From Phycisphaerales bacterium (GTDB lineage: Bacteria > Planctomycetota > Phycisphaerae > Phycisphaerales > UBA1924), in assembly GCA_022072615.1 (NCBI GenBank), contig JAJVHS010000001.1, positions 47,713 through 111,712 on the forward strand: a DNA stretch of 64,000 nucleotides, in the 5' to 3' direction. Below are positions 46,651 through 55,000 of this stretch, one piece after another. The notes under the pieces are model-generated. The model was given only the letters and a program-made list of their open reading frames with translations, ran no database searches and was not told the origin of the DNA. A program made the position numbers and the translations under genes. Every line of letters begins with the position of its first letter. The stretch's first letter is position 1.

Positions 46651-49563
46651 TCAGCACCCCTGTTCGAACGCGTGCACGAAGGCGTCGAAGTCGTCCGTGT
46701 CCACGAAGCCCGACCGGTCGATGTCGGCGTCCAGCGTCCCGGCCTCGAACGCCGCGACGAAGAAGTCAAAGTCGTCGGTGTCGACGAAGCCGCTGGAGTC
46801 AAAGTCGGCGGTGCACGCCGGCTCGCATTCGTCGGGCAGGCCGTTCGAGTTCGAGTCGGCGCTCGTCCCCGAGGCCAGGTCGCACGAGTCGGGGACCTGG
46901 TTGCGGTTGCAGTCGGTGAACGACCCGGGCATGAAGTCAAAGCCCGTCGGCCGGTACAGGCCGGTGTCCGATCCGAGCACGTAGGCTCGCACCATGGCGC
47001 CGGTGTCGATGTCGAACTGATAGATCCGGGCGTCGGTGAGGTGCAGGTCGGTGGGCCAGCCGTAGGGATGGTCCTGGTCGTCGTGGGCGTGGTCGTCGTC
47101 ACCGTCGTCGTGGTCGTCGTCCCCGCCGCCGTGCCCGCGCGTGACGAGGTTTCTCGACGCGTAGACGTCGCCGTCGGGGCCAATGCGGAGGCACCAGGGT
47201 TCGTCCAGCGTGAGCCGAGTCGAGGTGCCGTTGATGTTCCACCGGCGCACGAACGCGCCCGTGTCGCCGCGGTACTCGTTGATGCGGTTGGTGCCGCGCG
47301 ACGCTACCAGCAGGTTGCCGTCGGGCTTGAACAGGATGCCGCGCGGATCCGCCAGCGATCCGCTCGCGGCCGCCACCAGTTCGCGCACGAACGCGCCGGT
47401 CTCGAGGCTGTACTCGAGCACGCGGTTGTCGCCGGTGGTCAGGCACAGGCGGTCGCCCGACACCGCGATACCGAAGGGCTGCGAAAGTCCTCCCGAACCG
47501 GGCGCGACGACGGTCCGCACCAGCGATCCGTCCACCAGCGAGAATTCCAGGACGCTGGCGAGCCCGCGGCTGACCACCAGCACCGTGTTCTGCTCGGGCC
47601 GCACCAGGAGCCCGGCGGGTGAATCCAGGCCCGCGGCGGCGGGGACCAGGTCCCGCACGATCGTTCCTTCCCGGTCCAGTTCGACGACGCGGTCCTGGAG
47701 CCCGCTCGACACCAGCACGCGGCGGCTTGGCGTGATGACAAGGTCCTGCCCGTCGGCGAGCTGGCCGGCGGCGGCGACATTCACCAGCACGCCGGTGCGA
47801 GAGAAGAACTCGCGGACGGACGCGTCGGAGGAGGTCGTCGCGCAGTACAGGTTCCAGGCGTGGTCGAGCTCGCGGTGGTCGGTTTGGCCGTTGGCGTCGC
47901 AGTCCTGGAACGCGTCGAGCACCACGTCGCGGTCCACGTCGAGGGTCATGTCGGTGTGGATCTGCCGGTAGTCCATCACGCCGTCGGCGTCGATGTCCGG
48001 CTCGCATTCGTCGGGGATCCGGTTGGCGTTGAAGTCGGAGCTGATCTGGAGCTGGATGTCGTGGCGGTCGGGGACGCCGTTGGAGTTGCAGTCGGCCTGG
48101 CACTCGTCGGGCAGGCCGTCGGCGTCGACGTCGCTGCTGAGGCCAGAGGCGATGTCGGCCGCGTCGAGCACGCCGTTGGCGTTGCAGTCCTCGCACTCGT
48201 CGGGAACACCGTTGGCGTTGACGTCCTGGCTCACGCCGAGCTGGATGTCCTGCGAGTCGGCCTCGCGGTTCTGGTTGCAGTCGGCCGCGAGGCACGTCCG
48301 CGTGGACATGTAGTTTCTCATCTGCTGGACGGTGTACTCGTGGAACCACAGGTCGTGGTTGGCGTCTCCGCCGCTGTAGGTCTGGCCGCAGTACGACATG
48401 ATCGTCCCGCGCTGCGGGTGCGAGAGTGCGTCGTCGCAGTTGTCGAGGTTGTAGTCGTGGGTGTGGTAGGTCCCGCAGTTGTGGCCGAGCTCGTGCGCCG
48501 TCACCATGATGTCCCGGGACGACCAGTGGGGCCGGTCAGGATCCGAGAAGTAACCCAGCGTATAGCCCGCCCACGAGTACGACGAGGAGTTGCACAGCGC
48601 CGGCGCGTACGCCACGCCGCCCGCCGAAAGCAGCCGGCTGCCGAGCAGGAGCTGCGCCGCGTCGCGGTTCACCGACTGCATCGTCGTGTTCCACAGCGTC
48701 CTGAACGAGTCGAGCGGATCGGTGCTGGTGTACGGATCATCGGTGTCGGGCCAGAGGCGCACGAACACCAGATCCACCCGCGTGTTGACGTCGCGGAGGA
48801 AGATGTCGCTCACCTGCCCGTAGAGCTGCACCACGTAGGTGTTCGCGTCCTCGATGTTGCCGAAAATCTGGAAGTACTCGCGGTCGGTATCCACCGCGAG
48901 CTGGAGCTGACGCAGCCCGCGCACCGGATCGTTCTCGCGGCCGCCCCCGCCCGGGGGCGCTTCGGGCGGCGGCGTCCAGCCCGGGGGCGGCGTCACGCCG
49001 CACAGCGGCACCTCGAGAGACACTCCGCCCTCGGAGGCGGCGAAGACCGCGTACTCACCGGGGTTCAGCGCGACGCCGGATCCTCCCGAGTGAGAAAGCA
49101 GGTAGCGTCCGCGGCCCGGTCCGAGGTCGATCCGCCCGACCGCGCTGCGGGGCGCCAGCGAGAGGAATACGTGCGACCCCGGTGCGCCCGCGACCGAACC
49201 GCGCAGCATGTGAATCTGCGATGCGTCGAACTCCACTTCGCGATTGGCCCCGGACGGCGTGGCCGCCACGAAACGCGTCGCCCGGGTGATGGGCGTGAAC
49301 TTCTCGAGCGTGAGCGTGACGCTCTCGCCGCCCGGCAGCGGGAAATCGGGCACCACGACCGGTCCGTCCCACGATTCGACCAGGCCGAGGGCGGAGGCGT
49401 CGAACGAAACGACCTGGACCCCGCCCGCGCTGCGCAGGGTGGTCGCCGCGATGTGAAGATCGAGGTCGTGGCTTGGCGGCAGTCCGCCGGGCTGGGCAAA
49501 GACAGTCACGGCGGTCCAGAAATACGCGAGAGAGGCCGCTTGGCGGCCGGCACGCTGTCGCAT
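46651..49563 (-). CDS. secreted multidomain protein: reprolysin-like zinc protease, TSP3-like Ca-binding repeats, NHL-type beta-propeller, Cys-terminal dockerin-like tail
   Basis: ATG 49563 followed by a signal peptide. VTAHELGHNCGTYHTHD fits HExxHxxGxxH. Repeated D.N.NG.PDECE units. About 6 NHL-like blades (e.g. DRVVELDREGTIVRDL, NRINEYRGDTGAFVRRW). Tail ends FVHAFEQGC. Confidence 0.8.
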   Translation of the reverse strand: MRQRAGRQAASLAYFWTAVTVFAQPGGLPPSHDLDLHIAATTLRSAGGVQVVSFDASALGLVESWDGPVVVPDFPLPGGESVTLTLEKFTPITRATRFVAATPSGANREVEFDASQIHMLRGSVAGAPGSHVFLSLAPRSAVGRIDLGPGRGRYLLSHSGGSGVALNPGEYAVFAASEGGVSLEVPLCGVTPPPGWTPPPEAPPGGGGRENDPVRGLRQLQLAVDTDREYFQIFGNIEDANTYVVQLYGQVSDIFLRDVNTRVDLVFVRLWPDTDDPYTSTDPLDSFRTLWNTTMQSVNRDAAQLLLGSRLLSAGGVAYAPALCNSSSYSWAGYTLGYFSDPDRPHWSSRDIMVTAHELGHNCGTYHTHDYNLDNCDDALSHPQRGTIMSYCGQTYSGGDANHDLWFHEYTVQQMRNYMSTRTCLAADCNQNREADSQDIQLGVSQDVNANGVPDECEDCNANGVLDAADIASGLSSDVDADGLPDECQADCNSNGVPDRHDIQLQISSDFNANRIPDECEPDIDADGVMDYRQIHTDMTLDVDRDVVLDAFQDCDANGQTDHRELDHAWNLYCATTSSDASVREFFSRTGVLVNVAAAGQLADGQDLVITPSRRVLVSSGLQDRVVELDREGTIVRDLVPAAAGLDSPAGLLVRPEQNTVLVVSRGLASVLEFSLVDGSLVRTVVAPGSGGLSQPFGIAVSGDRLCLTTGDNRVLEYSLETGAFVRELVAAASGSLADPRGILFKPDGNLLVASRGTNRINEYRGDTGAFVRRWNINGTSTRLTLDEPWCLRIGPDGDVYASRNLVTRGHGGGDDDHDDGDDDHAHDDQDHPYGWPTDLHLTDARIYQFDIDTGAMVRAYVLGSDTGLYRPTGFDFMPGSFTDCNRNQVPDSCDLASGTSADSNSNGLPDECEPACTADFDSSGFVDTDDFDFFVAAFEAGTLDADIDRSGFVDTDDFDAFVHAFEQGC
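46654..46815 (-). other. duplicated EF-hand/dockerin-like C-terminal module ending in Cys (tail A)
   Basis: CTADFDSSGFVDTDDFDFFVAAFEAGTLDADIDRSGFVDTDDFDAFVHAFEQGC then stop. Confidence 0.8.
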
Positions 49564-49766
49564 CGAGTTCCCTCACCTTCACCCCGCGGCGAAGCCGCGA
49601 GCATACCAGATGGTCCGGGAGAATCGGGACGCATCCGGCACAAACAGCGCGGGCCGAGCGGGATTTGTCTTTTCCGTTCCGGGGGTTCGTGCTAGATTCA
49701 TGCCGGGAACGCCCAAGCGGCGACCCGCAACCGCCGACGCAGCCAGACGTCTCCCGGAGATTGACC

Positions 49767-51917
49767 ATGGAACAGCATCGCCGGCCATCCGGCCGGCTTA
49801 TCGGAACGGCGTGTGTGCTTGCCGGGGCCGCCGGCCTGGCGGTCGCCGGTTCGACGGCCGAGAACGCGGTCGTGATCATCGACCCGGCCTACGCCGACGG
49901 CCTGTACATCGCCAATCACTACATCAACCAGCGGAACATTCCGGAATCCAACATCCTTTACATGGATTCCGCGGCCGCGGCCAACTACCAGCAGTGGACG
50001 ACCGTCCAGCAGCAGGCGTTCCGCGCGTTCCTCGACCAGCGCGGCATCTCCGACCACGCCGACATCGTGATCGTCGCCCCGACCGACGCCTTCTGGGTGT
50101 CCGAGGGCGGGCTGGTCTCCGATACGTGCTTCGACATCACACGCTTCAGCCTCGGCACGCTCTACACGATGACCTTCATCTCCGACGAGATTCTCGCCGG
50201 GCCCACGACGCAGGCCAAGGGCAACCGCTTCGCCTCGTCGACCGAGGCCGCCGTCGGCTTCGACAGCGACATCGCCTACCTCAACGGCGTGGCGAGCACC
50301 AACATCAACGCCAGGCGCTACTACATCGGCACCGGTCTTGCCTGGACCGGCGAACGCGGCAACCTCGTCTCGCAGGTCGTCAGCTCGCTCAACTCGAGCA
50401 TCGCGGCCGACGGGACCCGGCCGTCGGGCACGTTCTATTTCATGAACAACACCGCCGACTCGGCGCGCAACATCCGGGCCAGCGGCTACTCGGCCGCCAG
50501 GAACTCCATCATCTCGCGCGGCGGCCTCGCCGAGATCATCGTCGGCGATCTGCCGTACGGGAAGACCGATTGCCTGGGCATCATGACCGGCGTCGCCGGC
50601 TTCAGCCTCTTCGGCACCAACACCATCATCAAGGGCGGCGCGTACTGCGACCACCTGACCTCGTACGCGGCCGCGTACGACGTCGCCGGGCAGACCAAGA
50701 CCACCGAGTGGATCACCTGGAACGCGGGCGGGTCGTCGGGCGCGATCGAGGAGCCCTGCAACTACCCCGGCAAGTTCCCGCGGCCGATGATGCACGCGCA
50801 CTACTTCCAAGGCCTGTCGATGGCCGAGGCGTGGTTCCGGGCCATCCAGTACATCCCCTTCCAGCTCCACTTCGTGGGCGACCCCCTCGCGCGGCCCTTC
50901 GCGCACATCCCGCAGGTCTCGGTGCTCGACGCGCCGACCGGCACGGTGTCGGGCACCCTGACCCTCACGCCCGCGGCGACCACGACCCAGCCCGGCGCGT
51001 CGATCGCCGGCTACGAGCTGCTCGTGGACGGCGTCGCGGTTGATTTCTCGACCCCCGCCGATCCCGCGCTCTGGGTGAACACGGCCGGTCTTGCCGACGG
51101 CGTGCATGACGTGCGCGTGCTGGCGTACGACAGCACGGCGGTGAAGTCGTACGGGCGCTGGATCGGGTCGGTGACGGTGGACAATTTCGGCCGGTCGACC
51201 TCGCTGAGCGTCGTGCTCGCGTCGGGCAACCTCGCCTCCAGGTTCGATTTCAACGTCGCGGGCAACGGCCACGGCGTGAAGGAGATCCGGCTGCTGCACA
51301 ACGGACGCGTGGTGGGCGCGACGAGCAACTCGTCGGGCACGATCGGCGTCCATGGCCAGATCCTCGGCGCCGGCACCAGCACGCTCCGAGCGGAAACCGA
51401 GTACCTCGACGGCCGCGTGTCGCGCAGCGCGCCCGTCCAGGTGACGGTCGCGTCGTCGGGGACGCCGGCCAATGTCGCGCCCGTCGCCTACGGCTACCGC
51501 AAGATGCTGCTCACCAAGGAAGCGCATGTCGTCGAGCTGCCCGCGACCTACGACAGCGCGCTCACGGGGCCCGGGTACACCTACACGGTGCTCTCGGGGC
51601 CGACCATGTCGACCCTCGTCGGCACCTACGGCGGCGCGTACCGCATCTACAAGCCCAACCCCGATGCCGAAGGCCAGGAGGACATCACCTTCCGCGTGAC
51701 AACCCCGGGCGGGGCATCCAACATCGCGACCATCACGCTGGTCTACTCGCGCTGCCCGACCGACATCGACGGGTCGGGCTTCGTGGACGGCGACGACTTC
51801 GACGCGTTCGTCCTGCTGTTCGAGGCCGGCGACCCCGCGGCCGACTTTGACGGGACGGGCTTCGTCGACACCGACGACTACGACGCGTTCGTGACGGCGT
51901 TCGAGGCCGGGTGCTGA
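49767..51917 (+). CDS. secreted protein: N-terminal domain of unknown function (possibly TIGR03790-like), probable Ig-like beta-sandwich region, Cys-terminal dockerin-like tail
   Basis: ATG 49767 follows GGAG, then a signal peptide. The N-terminal VVIIDPAYADGLYIANHYINQRNIPESNILYM ... HFVGDPLARPF resembles, from memory, the TIGR03790 family. The assignment of the middle region is tentative, read from composition only with no motif identified. Tail ends FVTAFEAGC. Confidence 0.7.
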   Translation: MEQHRRPSGRLIGTACVLAGAAGLAVAGSTAENAVVIIDPAYADGLYIANHYINQRNIPESNILYMDSAAAANYQQWTTVQQQAFRAFLDQRGISDHADIVIVAPTDAFWVSEGGLVSDTCFDITRFSLGTLYTMTFISDEILAGPTTQAKGNRFASSTEAAVGFDSDIAYLNGVASTNINARRYYIGTGLAWTGERGNLVSQVVSSLNSSIAADGTRPSGTFYFMNNTADSARNIRASGYSAARNSIISRGGLAEIIVGDLPYGKTDCLGIMTGVAGFSLFGTNTIIKGGAYCDHLTSYAAAYDVAGQTKTTEWITWNAGGSSGAIEEPCNYPGKFPRPMMHAHYFQGLSMAEAWFRAIQYIPFQLHFVGDPLARPFAHIPQVSVLDAPTGTVSGTLTLTPAATTTQPGASIAGYELLVDGVAVDFSTPADPALWVNTAGLADGVHDVRVLAYDSTAVKSYGRWIGSVTVDNFGRSTSLSVVLASGNLASRFDFNVAGNGHGVKEIRLLHNGRVVGATSNSSGTIGVHGQILGAGTSTLRAETEYLDGRVSRSAPVQVTVASSGTPANVAPVAYGYRKMLLTKEAHVVELPATYDSALTGPGYTYTVLSGPTMSTLVGTYGGAYRIYKPNPDAEGQEDITFRVTTPGGASNIATITLVYSRCPTDIDGSGFVDGDDFDAFVLLFEAGDPAADFDGTGFVDTDDYDAFVTAFEAGC
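51753..51914 (+). other. duplicated EF-hand/dockerin-like C-terminal module ending in Cys (tail B)
   Basis: CPTDIDGSGFVDGDDFDAFVLLFEAGDPAADFDGTGFVDTDDYDAFVTAFEAGC then stop. Confidence 0.8.
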
Positions 51918-52007
51918 CGAAGCACGGCGTCGCACGCGCGGCAGTCCGGGCTTTGGCCCCGCGCCGCGGCGCAGCGAACATCGTTCCCGCACGGGCCCCG
52001 GCGTCGA

Positions 52008-52050
52008 AAGAAAAGCGGCTCCGCCTGTGCGGAGCCGCGCCTGTTGTTTC
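52008..52050. terminator. bidirectional terminator between convergent genes
   Basis: gcggctccgc-ctgt-gcggagccgc 10-bp stem flanked by aaagaaaa and ctgttgttt. A second small hairpin cacccc-gtgc-aggggtg follows. Confidence 0.6.
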
Positions 52051-52081
52051 ACCCCGTGCAGGGGTGATTCGCCGCTGAACT

Positions 52082-55000
52082 TCAGCAGCCGGCCTCGAAA
52101 GCGAGCACGAAGGCGGTGAAATCGTCGGTGTCGACGAAGCCCGTGCCGTCGAAGTCCGCGGCGTCGATGCCCAGCTCAAAGTCGATGACGAACGCGGTGA
52201 AATCATCCGTGTCGACGAAACCGGAGTGGTCGTAGTCCGACGGCGCCAGCACCGTGATCATGGCCGGGTCGGTGGGGAAGGCCCCGCACGAGTCACGGAC
52301 GAGGCAGTAGAACAGTCCGCCGTCGGCGCAATCGATGGGGCTGAACGTGAGCTGTTCGGTCTGGGCGCCGTGGATGCGGTCGTTGTCGACCACGGGCTCG
52401 TTCTCGCGGTACCACTGGTAGCTCAGGGTGCCGTTGCCGGCGGCGTCGACCACCAGCGAGACATCGTCGCCTCCCTCGTACGTGGTCGACTCGGGCTGCA
52501 GCGAGATGAGAATGGTCGACGACCCGAAGTGAACGCTTCCCGGCGACCCGGCTTTGTACCCGCTCCCGCCATCCGCGACCAGGTGGCTGGTGAGCATCTG
52601 GACGTCGCAGCAGTAGAGCGCCAAGCGGCCTCCGCCGCCGCCACCGCCGCTGGAGCCTCCCGCGCCGCCGCCGGCGGAGATCATGCCGGTCCCCGCGAGC
52701 GTTCCGCACTCGATCCACAGGCTGCCGCCGGCGCCTCCGCCGCAGCGCGGTTGGCCCGCCGATCCGTCGGCGGTGATCGAACCGGCGACGGAGAGCGTGC
52801 CGTCAACGCGCAGCCGCAGCGATCCACCGCCTCGACCGCCGACGCTCCCGTAGTAGATGGAATTGCCACCGCCGCTGCCCCACTCGATCGGGATCGGCGC
52901 CGAACCGTACGACGGTCCTCCCTGGGTATTCTGGGCACCGTCGCCGCCGGCTCCTCCGTGTCCGCCGCCGCCGCCGTAGTAGAGGGACTGACCGCCCGCG
53001 CCCGGGCCTTGGGCAGCCGCGAATCCCAGCCCGCTCACGCTCACCACACCGGCGGTCTGCACGGTCATGTTTCCGCCGGCGTAGATCTCCCCGTCGTTGA
53101 GCCAGAGTTCCGCGCCGCTGTCGATCAGGATGCTGCCGGCCAGGCCCAGCGTGGTTGCCTGCGCCGGGGTCTTGTTGCCGAATTTCGCCGCTCGCCGGAC
53201 GATCAGGTCCGCGTCGAACCAGACGGGACCCGAGATCGAGGTCATCGCGCCCTCGACCATGTTGTTGTCGATGAAGAGGCTGGCAAGACCCGATCCGGGC
53301 TGGAGCCAGATGGAGCCGGCGCCGCCGTACATGTGCCCGCTGCCGCCGAATGCGGTGAGCTGGCCGGTGAAATTCGACGTGCCGTATTCGACCGCGACGC
53401 GGCCGCCACCGCCGCCGCCGGCGCTGGCGTGTCCCGCGCCACCGTTGGCGGTGATGGTGCCCGAACCGGCGAAGGTGTCGCAGGTGATCCAGATGCTCCC
53501 GCCCGACCCGCCGCCGGCGCCGGTGCCGCCGTTGGTGCCGTTGGCGGAGATCGTGCCGCCCAGGTTCAGCGCCCCGCCGATCTGCAGCCGTGTCGAACCG
53601 CCCCCGGCGCCCCCCGACGACCCGTAGTACGAGGAGAATCCGCCCCCGGATCCGAGCTCAGTGGGTTCGGTAAACGACCCGTAGGCGACACCGCCGCTCG
53701 GCCCCTGCCCGGAGTTTCCGCCGTCACCGCCGAAACCGCCGCCGCCCGCGGAGTACAACCCGAGTGAGCCGGCCCCCGTTCCCGAGCCGCTGCCATAGCC
53801 AAGGCCCGACACCGTCAGCAGGGTTCCCGGCTGCAGCGTCAGGCCCCCGCCGGTCTGCAGCATGCCGTCATTGAGCCAGAACGTGCTTCCCGACTCCACC
53901 CAGACATCGCCGCTGAGGGTGAGCACGGTGCCCTGTCCCGCGGTCTTGTTGCCGAAGCTTGATGCGCCCTGCACCCAAAGGTCCGCGTCGAGCGACATCT
54001 GCCCCGTGATGGGGGTCATGGCGCCCGCCAACCCGCTGTTGTTGACGATCCATGTCGCCCGGCCGTTCTCGGGCTGCAGCCAGATCGTCCCCGCGCCGCC
54101 GGACGCGTGCCCGGTTCTGCCCAGTGCCTGGATCTGGCCGGCGAAGGCGTTGGTCGCGTACTCGACCGCGATCCTGCCGCCGCCTCCGCCGCTGCCACCG
54201 GAATTGCCCGCGCCGCCGTTGGCGGTGATGGATCCCGATCCGGCGAGCGTGTCGCACGTGATCCACAGGCTGCCGCCGGAGCCTCCGCCGGTGTTCGAGC
54301 CACCGCTCACGCCGTCGGCGAGGATCGATCCGTCGACCGTGAGCGTGCCGCCGATGCTGACGCGCATCGCCCCGCCGCCGGCGCCTCCGGTCGACCCGTA
54401 ATAGGACGAATTACCGCCACCCGAACCCAGGTGCACCGGGTTCACGAGAGATCCGTACGCGGGGCCGCACCCCGTGTTGTCCACCGCGGCGCCTCCCTCG
54501 CCGCCGTACCCCGCGCCCGCCCCGCAGTAGAGCGTCGACGCGCCGGCGCCGGGCCCCTGTCCGCCCGTGTATCCAAGGCCCGTGACGCTGAGCGATGCGT
54601 CGGAAGTGATCGTCGCGTCGCCGCTCGCGGCGAGTGTCCCGTCGTTGAGCCAGAGAATGCCCGCCGAATCAACCGTGATGTTCCCGTCCAGGGACAGGCT
54701 TGTTTCCTGCCCGGCGGACTTGTTCCCGAAGTTCGCGGCGCCCTTGATCGCGAGGTTCGCGTCGAGCGTCACCTGCCCGTCGATCGGCGTCATCGCGCCG
54801 GAATGCCCGGCGTTGTCGACGGTGAGCGTCGGGCGGCCGCCGCCGTACGTGACCCAGGAAGTCCCGGCGCCGCCGTACTGCGCGCCCGCGGCTCCCTTGG
54901 CTTGGATCTGTCCCGCGAAGTCGGACGTCCCGGCGACCACGGCGATCCTGCCGCCGGCGCCTCCGCCGCCGCTTGCGTGGCCCGCACCCCCGTTGGCGGT

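Noticed and set aside
47860-52052. Long ORFs 47860-49695 (+) and 49698-52052 (-) antisense to the dockerin-tailed genes
   Set aside because: Shadow ORFs. The sense frames have signal peptides, zincin and NHL motifs and the conserved C-terminal module.
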